A DNA stretch of 64,000 nt from an uncultured Gemmatimonadales bacterium. GTDB taxonomy: Bacteria > Gemmatimonadota > Gemmatimonadetes > Longimicrobiales > RSA9. This document shows positions 29,473 through 39,586 of the stretch, piece by piece; position 1 is the stretch's first letter; every line of letters starts with the position of its first letter. The notes under the pieces were generated by a model. It ran no database searches and was not told the origin of the DNA. It saw nothing but the letters and a program-made list of their open reading frames with translations. Position numbers and translations under genes: made by a program. Location: positions 591,511 through 655,510 of the forward strand of contig CAWAMW010000007.1 of the NCBI GenBank assembly GCA_963783305.1, given 5' to 3'.

Positions 29473-30989
29473 CGGCGCTCCCACGGGAACACCGTTCCGA
29501 ACGGCATGCTCAGCCCCACGTCGAGCTTGTTGTTGTCGAGGTCGGCCGGCTCCACCATGTAGCGGAAGTAGACGGCAAAGAACTGGAGACGCGCGCCCAC
29601 CTCCTGCCGCAGCGAGGAATCCTCCTCGTCGCTCCACGCCATTCCGGTAGCGTGGATGAGCTGCAGCTCGGGCGCGCCCACGATCGGCAGCGCCACGCGG
29701 TCCGGGAACGGCACGATGTACTTCGTCTCGACGAACACGACCCGATCCCCCCGGAAAGCGGCGAGCTCCACCGTCTGAAGAGTCCCCGACCCCCCTACGA
29801 AGCTCCACTCCTGCCGAGGCAGCGCATCGCCCCCGAGCGGCTGTTGTACGAAGAACTCGATCTCCAGCGTGTGGTTGGCCAGCGCGTGCATCGCCCAGTC
29901 GCCCCGCGCCGAGATCCGGTCGAAGTCGAAATCGCCCTCCAGCCAGCTCCGCGCGGCCTCGTACTCGATCCCGCCCTGGAAGGCCGTCTGCTGCCCCAGC
30001 CACTCCACGCCCACGCTCCCGATCAGGCTCGTGGTGCGGCCCGCGTCGATCGACGGATTCGGACGCGGCTCCCCGCTAAGCAGGTGCCACGGATCATCGC
30101 CCGGAAGCGATGTGGCGTCCTCCAGCTGGGCGCGGATGCCGTACGACCCGGCCAGGCTCTTTTCGAGATCGCCGAACTCCCTGCGCATTCCCACCCAGCT
30201 CCGGTCGACCTCGAAGTAGTCGCGCAGGTCATCACCGTCCCACGCGTAGTTGAGGGCGTTCTTCAGGTCGCCACGAATCCAGTCGTCGTTCGTGGCCCAT
30301 CCCTCATAGTAGCCCCCTTCCAGGATGGTGCCGAAGCGCCGCAGCTCGGCCGAAACGGCGAACGTGGGCTCGCCGATCTCCGTCCGCCACCCGGCGCGAC
30401 CGTGAATGGACGGGGTGACCTCCTCCACCATGGGCAGGGTGTAGCGGGCGCCCACCACGGCCGTGATCCCGTTCACCCGGTCGTAGGTCGGGGGGGCGAG
30501 GCCGTAGAAGCCGTCCAGAACGAGCGGTGAAGGCGAGTCGGACGCCACGATCACCAGCCGATCCTGCTCCCGCTCCACTCGATAGGCAGCGGTCGGCAGG
30601 TCCAGGATCACGCCACCGACTCTCGCCAGCTCCGAGCGGTAGAGGCCACCGGCCACGTTGACCAGATCGCCGCCGACCACCGCCCCGGGCCGCACGAAGG
30701 CGCCCGCGTCCACCAGTACCAGGTCGCCCGTGATCACGCCCTCCAGGATCAGCGTGGCGTCGAGGACCAGAACCGGGCCCCGGACCGTGTCGCCCCGCGC
30801 AATGGCGGTGTCGCTGGCCAGGACGAGCGGCTCCCCGTCCAGCAGCCGCGAGAGCCGTCGATCCACGGCCACGTCGGAGGCGCCCCGCGTCACCACGATG
30901 GTGGGACGCTGCGCCTCGATCTCGCCGGTCCCCGGGAGCAGGAGGGCGAGGCCCATGATCAGCGCGGCCGGCCCGCGGAGCGCCCTCAC
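29469..30989 (-). CDS. Exported protein: bactofilin/polymer-forming-like beta-helix N-terminus plus outer-membrane beta-barrel (divergent Omp85-like)
   Basis: Signal peptide, repeats GDTVRGPVLVLDATLILEGVITGDLVLV, then YDRVNG and alternating amphipathic strands. GTG start overlaps the trpG stop. Confidence 0.6.
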   Translation of the reverse strand: MRALRGPAALIMGLALLLPGTGEIEAQRPTIVVTRGASDVAVDRRLSRLLDGEPLVLASDTAIARGDTVRGPVLVLDATLILEGVITGDLVLVDAGAFVRPGAVVGGDLVNVAGGLYRSELARVGGVILDLPTAAYRVEREQDRLVIVASDSPSPLVLDGFYGLAPPTYDRVNGITAVVGARYTLPMVEEVTPSIHGRAGWRTEIGEPTFAVSAELRRFGTILEGGYYEGWATNDDWIRGDLKNALNYAWDGDDLRDYFEVDRSWVGMRREFGDLEKSLAGSYGIRAQLEDATSLPGDDPWHLLSGEPRPNPSIDAGRTTSLIGSVGVEWLGQQTAFQGGIEYEAARSWLEGDFDFDRISARGDWAMHALANHTLEIEFFVQQPLGGDALPRQEWSFVGGSGTLQTVELAAFRGDRVVFVETKYIVPFPDRVALPIVGAPELQLIHATGMAWSDEEDSSLRQEVGARLQFFAVYFRYMVEPADLDNNKLDVGLSMPFGTVFPWERR

Positions 30990-31567
30990 GCCTGCATCTC
31001 CATGAAATTGCGAACCAGCCGCTCCCCGTGCTCGCTCGCCACCGACTCCGGGTGGAATTGAACACCCCAGACGGGGTGAGCCCGGTGGCGCACGGCCTGG
31101 ATCTCGTCCTCCCACCCCGACTCGTCGGTCCACGCCACCACCTCGAGCTCGGCGGGGACCGTATCGGGGTCGATGACCAGCGAGTGGTAGCGCGTCATGG
31201 AGACGGGGGCCGGGATTCCCTGGAACAGCCCCTCCCCCCCGTGCGCCACGGGCGAGACCTTGCCGTGCATGAGCCGCCGCGCGCGCACGACGCGCGCACC
31301 GTACGCCACCCCAATGGCCTGATGGCCGAGGCAGACGCCCAGCACCGGTATCCGCGGGCCGAACTCCCGGATCACGTCCACGCTGATCCCTGCCTCGGCG
31401 GGTGTGCAGGGCCCGGGCGAGACCACGATCCGCTCGGGCGCCATGGCCTCGATGTCGGCCAGGCCGACCTCGTCGTTTCGCCGCACTTCCACATCCGCGC
31501 CCAGCCCGCCGAGCAGTTGGACCAGGTTGAAGGTGAAGGAATCGTAATTATCGATGACCAGGATCAT
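30986..31567 (-). CDS. Anthranilate/aminodeoxychorismate synthase component II (TrpG/PabA glutamine amidotransferase)
   Basis: IDNYDSFTFNL, SPGPCTP, GVCLGHQ, RYHSL, GVQFHPES. Confidence 0.95.
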   Translation of the reverse strand: MILVIDNYDSFTFNLVQLLGGLGADVEVRRNDEVGLADIEAMAPERIVVSPGPCTPAEAGISVDVIREFGPRIPVLGVCLGHQAIGVAYGARVVRARRLMHGKVSPVAHGGEGLFQGIPAPVSMTRYHSLVIDPDTVPAELEVVAWTDESGWEDEIQAVRHRAHPVWGVQFHPESVASEHGERLVRNFMEMQA

Positions 31568-32460
31568 GATCGGGGATGATAGCGTCGGTGGACGTCGCGC
31601 AGATAGTCCCTGTCCACGTGCGTGTAGATCTGGGTCGTGGAGATGTCGGCATGCCCGAGCATCTCCTGTACCGCTGCCAGGTCCGCGCCGCCCTCCAGGA
31701 GGTGTGTGGCGAACGTGTGTCGGAGTGTGTGCGGGGTGACCTTCCGAGTGATTCCGGCCCGTTCCACGTGCTTCCGCAGGATCTTCCAGACTCCCATCCG
31801 GGTCAGCGGCGCCCCGCGGGCGTTCAGGAAGAGCACCCCCTCGCTGGCGGCGCCGCTCCCCTGCTCCAGACGCCCTCTGAGCTCTCGCAGGTAGACGCCG
31901 ATGGCGCGCACGGCGGCGCCTCCCACCGGGACCAGTCGCTCCACCGAGCCCTTGCCGTGGACGGTGGCGAAGCCCTCCTCGAGGTCCACGTCCCGCACCC
32001 TCACTCCGGTCAGCTCGCTGACGCGCACGCCCGACGCGTACGCAAACTCCAGGATGGCGCGGTCGCGCCAGTACAGACGGTGCCCCTGGTCGGGCGCCTC
32101 GAGGAGCCGGTCGACCTCCGCGCGCCCGAGCACGTCGGGCAGGCGTCGCCAGGTCTTCGGCGGCTCCAGCTGTTCGCTGGGGTCCGCGTCGATGAGCCCC
32201 TCCGCCAGCAGGAACCCGAAGTAGGTGCGGATCCCCGAGAGCGTCCTCCGGATGGAGGTGGGCGCGAGGCCCTGGTCGCGAAGGTGATAGGTGAACTCGC
32301 GCAGGTCGATGGGTGTGGCCGCCCCGGGGTCGTCGATTCCGCGCGCTCGCAGGAAGCCCTCGAGGCGTGCGGTATCGCGGGCGTACGCGTCGAGGGTGCG
32401 AGGGCTCAGACCCCGCTCGAAGCTGAGATAGTCGTCGAACCGTTCGAGGTCGAAGCTCAC
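31564..32460 (-). CDS. xerD: Site-specific tyrosine recombinase XerD
   Basis: ERGLSPRTLDAYARD, YASGVRVSEL, GKG, HTLRHTFATHLLEGGADL, LGHADISTTQIYTH with the catalytic R-K-H-R-H-Y set intact. GTG start at 32460. Confidence 0.9.
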   Translation of the reverse strand: MSFDLERFDDYLSFERGLSPRTLDAYARDTARLEGFLRARGIDDPGAATPIDLREFTYHLRDQGLAPTSIRRTLSGIRTYFGFLLAEGLIDADPSEQLEPPKTWRRLPDVLGRAEVDRLLEAPDQGHRLYWRDRAILEFAYASGVRVSELTGVRVRDVDLEEGFATVHGKGSVERLVPVGGAAVRAIGVYLRELRGRLEQGSGAASEGVLFLNARGAPLTRMGVWKILRKHVERAGITRKVTPHTLRHTFATHLLEGGADLAAVQEMLGHADISTTQIYTHVDRDYLRDVHRRYHPRS

Positions 32461-33080
32461 GGCTCCTCCTCGTGATGGCGCGTCCGCCACCACCAGACCG
32501 CAGCCGCCGCGACGAAGACCAGCGCTACGATGAGCAGCACCTCGTTCACGCTCTCGAAGAGGGCCATGATCGCCTGGAGGTTCCGGCCCATGAACGCCCC
32601 CAGGTACACCAGCATGCCGTACCAGAGCGCCGACGCCATCACCACGGGTGGGACCACCTTCCAGCCGGACATTCCCGACACGCCGGCGAACACCGGCACC
32701 ATGGCGCGCCACGCGGGCAGGAACCGGCTCATGAAGATGGCCGGGACCCCGAACCGCTGATAAAACCCGCCGATCTGGTCGAGCTGGTGCTCCCGGAGGA
32801 GCCAGCGAGCGAGGGGCATGGTGAAGAACCCCCGTCCATAGCGTCGGGCCACGGCGAAAACGCCCACCGCCGACGTCACATTGAGGATCCACGTGGCCAG
32901 GAAAACCAGCCAGGGATTCGCGGCGCCGCGAGCCGCCAGCAGCGCGCCGGCCAGGACGAAGGTGTCGGCAGGGATGGGCGGAACGATGTTCTCCACGGCC
33001 GCGCCGAGGCCGAGGATCAGGTAGAGGAGGAAGGGCGGCAACCGGGTGAGGGCGTTGAGCATCTCCAGGATCGTGGACAC
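32457..33080 (-). CDS. DedA-family membrane protein
   Basis: ENIVPPIPADT, RFG..AIFMSRFLP.WR, AGVSGM. Confidence 0.9.
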   Translation of the reverse strand: MSTILEMLNALTRLPPFLLYLILGLGAAVENIVPPIPADTFVLAGALLAARGAANPWLVFLATWILNVTSAVGVFAVARRYGRGFFTMPLARWLLREHQLDQIGGFYQRFGVPAIFMSRFLPAWRAMVPVFAGVSGMSGWKVVPPVVMASALWYGMLVYLGAFMGRNLQAIMALFESVNEVLLIVALVFVAAAAVWWWRTRHHEEEP

Positions 33081-33089
33081 GAGTCGTCC

Positions 33090-33566
33090 TCAGCCCTCCT
33101 CTATGGTGGCCACGGCCATGCAGGCGATCCCTTCGCCGCGTCCCACCCATCCCATTCCCTCGTTCGTGGTTCCCTTCACCGATACGGCGCTCCGTGGCAG
33201 CGCGAGCGCCTGCGCCAGCCGCTCGCGCATGGCGTCCACGTGCGGCCGGATCCGGGGCGCCTCGCAGATCACCGTAACATCCACGTTCACGGGCCGGTGC
33301 CCCGTCTCGGCCAGCAGCGCCACCGACCTCTGCAGGAGACCGATGGAGTCGGCGCCCGACCAGCGCTCGTCGTCGGGCGGAAAGTGCGCCCCAATGTCCC
33401 CGAGCGCCGCGGCGCCCAGGAGCGCGTCCGTTACGGCGTGCGCCACCACGTCCGCGTCCGAATGACCAGCAAGCCCCTGCGGGTGCGGGATCTCGACGCC
33501 GGCCAGGATGAGCCGCCGACCCCGGGCGAACCGGTGTGAGTCGTATCCGATGCCTGACCGCATCAC
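33090..33566 (-). CDS. ispF: 2-C-methyl-D-erythritol 2,4-cyclodiphosphate synthase
   Basis: GIGYDSHRF, GHSDADVVAHAVTDALLGA, GDIGAHFP, KGTTNEG. Confidence 0.96.
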   Translation of the reverse strand: MMRSGIGYDSHRFARGRRLILAGVEIPHPQGLAGHSDADVVAHAVTDALLGAAALGDIGAHFPPDDERWSGADSIGLLQRSVALLAETGHRPVNVDVTVICEAPRIRPHVDAMRERLAQALALPRSAVSVKGTTNEGMGWVGRGEGIACMAVATIEEG

Positions 33567-33578
33567 CTTCTCCCCATT

Positions 33579-33615
33579 AAATGGAAACCGGGAGCAACGG
33601 TGCGTCGCTCCCGGT
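33579..33615 (-). terminator. Intrinsic terminator after fabF
   Basis: Minus strand ACCGGGAGCGACG-cac-CGTTGCTCCCGGT followed by TTCCATTT. Confidence 0.6.
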
Positions 33616-33657
33616 CCACCGCGGCTGGCGGCGCGTCCCCGTCAGGGTCGTCCGTCG

Positions 33658-34929
33658 CTAGTCCTCCCATCGCCGGATGGCGAGGCACACGTTGTGACCG
33701 CCGAACCCGAACGAGTTCGTCAGCGCCACGCGCACGTCCCGCTCGCGCCGCTCGTTGTGCGCGTAATCCAGGTCGCACTCCGGATCGGGAGTCTCGAAGT
33801 TGATCGTGGGTGGGATCACCCCGTGCTTCGTGACAAGCGCGGCGATGATCCCCTCCACACCGCCCGCCGCGCCGAGCAGGTGGCCGGTCATGGACTTGGT
33901 GGACCCCATGACCAGGTCCCGCGCCGCATCGCCGAACACCCCTTTCACCGCCAGCGTCTCGTTCAGATCGTTTGCCGGGGTGGACGTGCCGTGGGCGTTG
34001 ATGTAGTCCACATCACCGGGCGCGATCGCGCCGTCCTCCATCGCCCGACGCATGGCGATCTGGGCGCCCGCTCCGTGCGGCGCCGGCGCCGTCATGTGAT
34101 ACGCGTCTGCGCTCTGGCCGTAGCCCACCACCTCCGCCAGGATGTCGGCACCCCGGTTCAGCGCGTGCTCCAGCGACTCCAGCACGACCGCTCCCGCGCC
34201 CTCACCCAGAACGAAACCATCCCGCCCCGCATCGAACGGCCGGCTCGCCTTCTCCGGCGCATCGTTGCGCGTGGACAGCGCCTTCATGTTGGAGAAGCCC
34301 GCAATGGCCAGCGGCGTCACGGAAGCCTCCGTCCCGCCCGTGATCATCACATCGACCTCGCCGTCCTGGATCAGACGGAACGAGTTGCCCACCGCGTGCG
34401 CGCTCGAGGCGCACGCCGAGACCGTGGCGTAGTTCGGCCCCTTGGCGCCGTAGCGCATCGACACGAGACCCGCCGCCATGTCCGGTATGAACATGGGCAC
34501 GAAGAAGGGGCTCACCCGGCGGGGGCCCTTCTCCAGCATGTTGCGCGTCTGCTCCTCGAACGTGGCGATCCCGCCGATGCCGCTGCCGAGGATCACTCCC
34601 ACGCGCTCCGGGTCCGCGGGCCCGAGGTCATCGCCCAGACCGGAATCCTGCACGGCCTGGACGGAGGCCGCCATGGCCAACTGGGCGAACCGGTCCGCGC
34701 GACGGGCCTCCTTGCGATCCATGTACTGCTCAGGGTCGAACCCCTTCACCTCGCAGGCGAACCGGACGTCGAACGCCTCGGTCGCGTCAAAGTGGGTGAT
34801 GGGGGCCGCGCCGCTGGTCCCGGCCAGCAGCGCGTCCCAGGAGCTCTTCACGTCGTTGCCGACAGGCGTCACCAGGCCGAGGCCCGTGATGACGACCCGG
34901 TTGCGGCCGTTCGAGGTCCGTGTCTCCAT
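33658..34929 (-). CDS. fabF: 3-oxoacyl-ACP synthase II
   Basis: RVVITGLG, SACASSAH, INAHGTST, KSMTGHLLGAAG, NSFGFGG. Confidence 0.97.
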   Translation of the reverse strand: METRTSNGRNRVVITGLGLVTPVGNDVKSSWDALLAGTSGAAPITHFDATEAFDVRFACEVKGFDPEQYMDRKEARRADRFAQLAMAASVQAVQDSGLGDDLGPADPERVGVILGSGIGGIATFEEQTRNMLEKGPRRVSPFFVPMFIPDMAAGLVSMRYGAKGPNYATVSACASSAHAVGNSFRLIQDGEVDVMITGGTEASVTPLAIAGFSNMKALSTRNDAPEKASRPFDAGRDGFVLGEGAGAVVLESLEHALNRGADILAEVVGYGQSADAYHMTAPAPHGAGAQIAMRRAMEDGAIAPGDVDYINAHGTSTPANDLNETLAVKGVFGDAARDLVMGSTKSMTGHLLGAAGGVEGIIAALVTKHGVIPPTINFETPDPECDLDYAHNERRERDVRVALTNSFGFGGHNVCLAIRRWED

Positions 34930-34938
34930 CAGTCGCGC

Positions 34939-35181
34939 TTACGCGCCCTCGTGCTCCTGGATGTACTTGATGGCGTCCCCCACCGTCTGGAGCTGCTCGG
35001 CGTCCTCATCCGGGATCTCCATGCCGAATTCCTCCTCGAAGGCCATGACCAGCTCCACCGTGTCGAGCGAGTCGGCGCCCAGATCCTCGACGAACGAGGC
35101 CTCCGGCGTCACCTTCTCTGCCTCGACGCCCAGCTCGTTCACGATGATCTCTTTGACCTTCGCCTCAGTGTTCTCCGCCAT
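34939..35181 (-). CDS. acpP: Acyl carrier protein
   Basis: [20 protein letters not shown]. Confidence 0.98.
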   Translation of the reverse strand: MAENTEAKVKEIIVNELGVEAEKVTPEASFVEDLGADSLDTVELVMAFEEEFGMEIPDEDAEQLQTVGDAIKYIQEHEGA

Positions 35182-35220
35182 CCTGTCCTCTCCAGTTGAT
35201 TGTAGGGGGTGTCCAGCGAC

Positions 35221-35967
35221 TCAGATTACCATCCCGCCATCCACGACCAGCACCTGACCGGTCATGTAGGCCGCATCGGGGCCCGCAAGGAACGCGACCA
35301 CACCGGCCACGTCCTCCGCCGATCCCAGGCGGCCCAGGGCGATCTGCTCCTGCAGCGCCTCGCGCGCCGCGTCGGTGAGATCGGACGTCATGTCCGTCTC
35401 GATGAACCCCGGCGCCACCGCATTGCACAGCACGTTCCGCGACGACAATTCCTTGGCCACGGACTTCGTCAGCCCGACGAGTCCGGCCTTGGACGCTGCG
35501 TAGTTTACCTGTCCACGGTTGCCGGTCAAGCCGACCACGCTCGTGATGTTGATGATCCGACCGCTCCGGCGCTTCATCATGCCGCGCGCGGCCGCCCGGA
35601 TGACCTGGAACGACCCCTTGAGGTTCGTGTCCAGCACCGCGTCCCAGTCCTCATCGGCCAGTCGGACGAGTATGTTGTCCTTGGTGATCCCGGCGTTGTT
35701 GACCAGGATGTCCAGCGAGCCCAGCTCACTCTCGATCCGCTTGACCAGCGCGTCCACGGCCGCGCGGTCGGCCACATCGCAGGCGGCGCCCAGGTGCCCG
35801 GTGCCCGGCAGCTCGGCGGCCACCGCCGAGGCGCTCTCCTCGGAGCGCGACGTCACCACCACCCGTGCGCCGTCCCGCGCGAGCCGCTCGGCGATCACGC
35901 GGCCGATCCCACGGCTCCCGCCCGTGACGAGCGCAACCTGCCCTCCCAGCACCTGCTCCATGGCCAT
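35221..35967 (-). CDS. fabG: 3-oxoacyl-ACP reductase
   Basis: TGGSRGIG, NNAGITKD, YAASK, PGFIETDMT. Confidence 0.96.
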   Translation of the reverse strand: MAMEQVLGGQVALVTGGSRGIGRVIAERLARDGARVVVTSRSEESASAVAAELPGTGHLGAACDVADRAAVDALVKRIESELGSLDILVNNAGITKDNILVRLADEDWDAVLDTNLKGSFQVIRAAARGMMKRRSGRIINITSVVGLTGNRGQVNYAASKAGLVGLTKSVAKELSSRNVLCNAVAPGFIETDMTSDLTDAAREALQEQIALGRLGSAEDVAGVVAFLAGPDAAYMTGQVLVVDGGMVI

Positions 35968-36890
35968 CAGCGATCCCTGAACGAGTTCAGCTGCTCGACG
36001 GTGCCGAGGCTCTCCACCTCGGCCTCCCGATCGATGCGACGCATGAGCCCGGCCAGCACCCGGCCCGGCCCCAGCTCGTAGAAGCGCGAGACGCCGCGCT
36101 CCCGCATGGTACGCATGGACGCCGCCCAGCGCACGGGTGAGGTCAGCTGCGCCACCAGGAGCTCCCGCGCCTCGTTCCCCTCGGATACCGGCGCAGCGGT
36201 CACGTTCGATACTACCGGGAACCGCGGCCGCGAAAAGACGACCCCCTCCAGGTGCTCGCGTAGCCCCGTCTCCGCTACCTCCATGAGCGGAGAATGGAAC
36301 GCGCCGCTCACGTTCAGCGGAAGCGCTCGCTTGGCGCCCGCGGCTTTCGCCAGCTCCATCGCCCGCTCCACCGCGGGCACATCCCCGCTGATCACGATCT
36401 GGCCCGGAGAGTTGAAGTTGGCGGGGACGCACACGCCCGAGTCGTCCGAGGCCTGGCGACAGACCGCCTCCAGCGCCTCGTCATCGAGCCCGATCACCGC
36501 CGCCATCGTACCGGGCCGCGCCTGACCCGAACGGTGCATGAGCTCGCCGCGACGCCGAACCGCCCGCACCGCCTCCTCGAACGGGATCGTGCCGGCGGCC
36601 ACGTGGGCGCTGAACTCTCCCAGCGAGTGCCCCGCCGCCAGCGCCACGGTTGGAAGCCGATCCGCCGCGAGGGCATGCACCGCCACCGAGTGCGTCAGGA
36701 TCGCCGGCTGCGCGTTGTGCGTGGCCGTGAGCTCGTCCTCGGGGCCTTCCCACATGATCCTCGAGAGCGACACGCCCAGCGCTTCGTCCGCCCGCTCGAA
36801 GATCTCGCGGGCGACCGCGTGCGACTTCGCCAGGTCACGACCCATTCCCACTTCCTGCGAGCCCTGGCCGGGGAACAGCAGTCCTACCAC
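35967..36890 (-). CDS. fabD: Malonyl-CoA:ACP transacylase
   Basis: FPGQGSQ, GHSLGE, VSGAFHS. Confidence 0.97.
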   Translation of the reverse strand: MVGLLFPGQGSQEVGMGRDLAKSHAVAREIFERADEALGVSLSRIMWEGPEDELTATHNAQPAILTHSVAVHALAADRLPTVALAAGHSLGEFSAHVAAGTIPFEEAVRAVRRRGELMHRSGQARPGTMAAVIGLDDEALEAVCRQASDDSGVCVPANFNSPGQIVISGDVPAVERAMELAKAAGAKRALPLNVSGAFHSPLMEVAETGLREHLEGVVFSRPRFPVVSNVTAAPVSEGNEARELLVAQLTSPVRWAASMRTMRERGVSRFYELGPGRVLAGLMRRIDREAEVESLGTVEQLNSFRDR

Positions 36891-37876
36891 TTGACCACCG
36901 CCGAGGCCCAGGTGAAGCCCGCGCCGAACGCGACCATCATGACATGGTCGCCCGCCTGGATCCGTCCGGCCTCCAGCGCCTCGTCCAGCGCCACCGGGAC
37001 GGTCGCCGAGCTCATGTTCCCGTACCGGTCTACGTTCACGAATACCTTGTCCATGGGCACATTGGCGTACTTGGCCGTGTTCTCGATGATCCGGATATTC
37101 GCCTGGTGCGGGATGAAGAGGTCGATGTCCTCCCCCGTCAGGCCGGCCCGGAGCAGCGCCTGGTCAGCCGCTTCCGCCATGGATCGGACGGCCGCCTTGA
37201 AGACCTCACGGCCCGCCATCTTCACCAGGTGGCTCCGCTCGTCCAGCACCGCCACGTCCATGGGAATCCTCGCACCGCCGCCCGGCCGCCAGAGCAGCTC
37301 GGCCAGCGTGCCGTCGGACCGGATGAAGCTCGACAGCAGACCCCGGCCATTCTCCGACCGCTTCACCACCGCCGCCCCCGCGCCATCGCCGAACAGCACG
37401 GCCGTGGAGCGGTCCCCCCAGTCCACAATGGAGCTCATCTTCTCCGTGGAGATCACGAGAGCGATCTCCGCCCGGCCCGCCATGAGGTGCCCCTCCGCGA
37501 TGGACAGGCCATAGAGAAAGCCCGAGCAGGCGGCGGAGATGTCATAGGCCGCCGCGTTCTCGGCGCCCAGAATCGCCTGGATGTCGCACGCCGTCGACGG
37601 GAGGAGCCGGTCCGGCGTGGCCGTCGAGACGATGATCACGTCCACTTCGCCCGCATGCACGCCCGCCCGCTCCATGGCGATCCGGGCCGCGTTCGCTCCC
37701 ATGTCCGCCGCGCCCACGTCCGGAGCGGCGATCCGCCGCTCGCTGATGCCGGTCCGCGCCCGGATCCACTCGTCCGAGGTGTCCAGCTCCTTCTCCAGGT
37801 CCTGGTTCGTGACGACCCGCTCGGGCAGCCACCGGCCGGTGGATACGATCTCTACGGTCGGTTTGGGTATTCTCAT
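36884..37876 (-). CDS. fabH: 3-oxoacyl-ACP synthase III
   Basis: DTSDEWI, AACSGF, LFGDGAGA, PHQAN, GNMSSA. Confidence 0.97.
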   Translation of the reverse strand: MRIPKPTVEIVSTGRWLPERVVTNQDLEKELDTSDEWIRARTGISERRIAAPDVGAADMGANAARIAMERAGVHAGEVDVIIVSTATPDRLLPSTACDIQAILGAENAAAYDISAACSGFLYGLSIAEGHLMAGRAEIALVISTEKMSSIVDWGDRSTAVLFGDGAGAAVVKRSENGRGLLSSFIRSDGTLAELLWRPGGGARIPMDVAVLDERSHLVKMAGREVFKAAVRSMAEAADQALLRAGLTGEDIDLFIPHQANIRIIENTAKYANVPMDKVFVNVDRYGNMSSATVPVALDEALEAGRIQAGDHVMMVAFGAGFTWASAVVKW

Positions 37877-38859
37877 GCCGGATCCGGGTGCACGCCGACC
37901 TGCTCGCGTATATGGCCGACCATGTGGGCGTTGGAGGCGGTTACGGCCGCCTTGAGAGCGTTGCTGATGGCCCGAGGGGGCGAGCCGCCGTGGCAGATGA
38001 TGGAGATGCCATTGACGCCGAGAAGCGGCGCGCCGCCGTACTCGGCGTAGTCGAGGATGCGGCTCACGCTGTCGAGGCCCGGAGTCTCCCCACCGTCGGG
38101 CATGTCCCGCCGCATGAGACCGAAGACGAAGCCGGCGACGCCCTCATAGAACTTCAGGAGAACGTTGCCCACGAACCCATCCGTCACGAGCACGTCGCAG
38201 ACGCCCTCGATGATGGCGCGCCCTTCCACGTTGCCCACGAAGTCGAGGTCGCTATCGCGGAGCTGACAATGCGTCTCCACGCTCACCTCGTTCCCCTTCT
38301 CGGGCTCCTCACCGATGTTCAGCAGCCCTATCCGCGGCGTCTCGCGCCCCAGCACATCGTGGGCGTATACCGAGCCCAGCCGCGCGAACTGCACCAGCTG
38401 GGTCGGCTTGCAGTCCACGTTCGCCCCCGCGTCGATCATCACCATGGGGCCGTGGGCCGTGGGCAGGAGCGTGGCGATCGCCGGCCGGTCCACACCCGGC
38501 AGCGGGCGAAGAATGAAGAGAGATGCGGCCATGACAGCGCCCGTCGAGCCCGCGCTCACGAACGCCTCCGCCTCCCCCGTCCGCTGAAGGTTCAGACCCA
38601 CCACGATCGACGACTCCGGCTTGCGCCGCACGGCCGTGGCCGGCGACTCCTCGGGACCGATCCGCTCCGGGGCGTGGACAACGGATATACGATCCAGTCC
38701 CCGCGCACCCAGCCGATCCAGCTCGGCCCCGATTCGCGCCTCGTCCCCCACCAGGACGACGTGGGTCGACGCAGGCAGATCATCCAGAGCGGCGACCGTC
38801 CCCTCCACCTCCACGGTGGGGTGACGGTCGGTCCCCATGGCGTCTACCGCGATCCGCAT
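37873..38859 (-). CDS. plsX: Phosphate acyltransferase PlsX
   Basis: IAVDAMG.D, SAGSTGA, DAGANVD, LLNIGEE..KG, DGFVGNVLLK, GGAPLLG. Confidence 0.96.
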   Translation of the reverse strand: MRIAVDAMGTDRHPTVEVEGTVAALDDLPASTHVVLVGDEARIGAELDRLGARGLDRISVVHAPERIGPEESPATAVRRKPESSIVVGLNLQRTGEAEAFVSAGSTGAVMAASLFILRPLPGVDRPAIATLLPTAHGPMVMIDAGANVDCKPTQLVQFARLGSVYAHDVLGRETPRIGLLNIGEEPEKGNEVSVETHCQLRDSDLDFVGNVEGRAIIEGVCDVLVTDGFVGNVLLKFYEGVAGFVFGLMRRDMPDGGETPGLDSVSRILDYAEYGGAPLLGVNGISIICHGGSPPRAISNALKAAVTASNAHMVGHIREQVGVHPDPA

Positions 38860-38875
38860 CGCGACGCCTCTCTAC

Positions 38876-39058
38876 CTACAGCTCGTCGATCTCGACGACC
38901 TGCTCGCCCTTGTACGTCCCACACGTGGGGCACACGTGATGCGGCAGCTTCGGATCCCCGCAGTTCGAGCACGCCACCGTGTTCGCGACGGGGGCCTTGT
39001 GGTGCGTCCGCCGCTTCCGCTTGCGCTGCTTCAATGTCCTCTTCTTCGGTACCGCCAT
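38876..39058 (-). CDS. rpmF: 50S ribosomal protein L32 (zinc-binding form)
   Basis: MAVPKKR, CSNC...[12 protein letters not shown]. Confidence 0.96.
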   Translation of the reverse strand: MAVPKKRTLKQRKRKRRTHHKAPVANTVACSNCGDPKLPHHVCPTCGTYKGEQVVEIDEL

Positions 39059-39069
39059 GACTCTCTCCT

Positions 39070-39579
39070 CTACTCTTCCGACGTAAGCCGCCTAAGGGGG
39101 CCCCACCGCTCGTCCACCTCTTCCACCGCGCACTCGCACGTGGACTCGTTCAGATTCGTGCCGCACTGCGGACACAGCCCCCTGCACTCTTCACGGCAGT
39201 ACACATACTTCGGCACCGCCAACAGGACCGTCTCCCGCACCGCGTCCGTCAGGTCCAGCTCTCGACCCGATGGCAGCGGGACGATGTCATCACCCTCGTC
39301 CTCCGCCAGATCATCGCCTTCCTTGTACAGACGACCCAGTTCCTCTTCCATCGGCACATCCACCGGCTCCAGACACCGCCGGCACTCTCGCCGGAACGTG
39401 CCCGCCACCCGGCCACGCACCACCACGTCCGGCCCCGCCTGCTGGGCCTCCAGACGCACCTCCAGCGGCGATCGCGGCTCGACTTCGAGATCCACCCAGA
39501 AGTCCGACTCCGGTGGAATGTCCGCGTCGATTCGCGCTCGGCCTTCCCGCCGCAGGCGGCTCAGGTCCACTTGTAGCAT
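39070..39579 (-). CDS. yceD: YceD/DUF177 family protein
   Basis: [26 protein letters not shown]. Lies upstream of rpmF. Confidence 0.9.
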   Translation of the reverse strand: MLQVDLSRLRREGRARIDADIPPESDFWVDLEVEPRSPLEVRLEAQQAGPDVVVRGRVAGTFRRECRRCLEPVDVPMEEELGRLYKEGDDLAEDEGDDIVPLPSGRELDLTDAVRETVLLAVPKYVYCREECRGLCPQCGTNLNESTCECAVEEVDERWGPLRRLTSEE

Positions 39580-39586
39580 AGCTTGT

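Noticed and set aside
31564..32460. Tyrosine recombinase as a prophage or island integrase
   Set aside because: It has XerD-type motifs, is embedded among core genes, and has no att sites or cargo.
28708..33150. Long N-terminal extensions of kdsB and xerD in the ORF track (also kdsA, kdsD, fabG, pmm, nuoB/C/D/F)
   Set aside because: They overlap upstream genes in other frames. Starts next to or overlapping the upstream stop give normal lengths, unlike lptB whose extension overlaps nothing.
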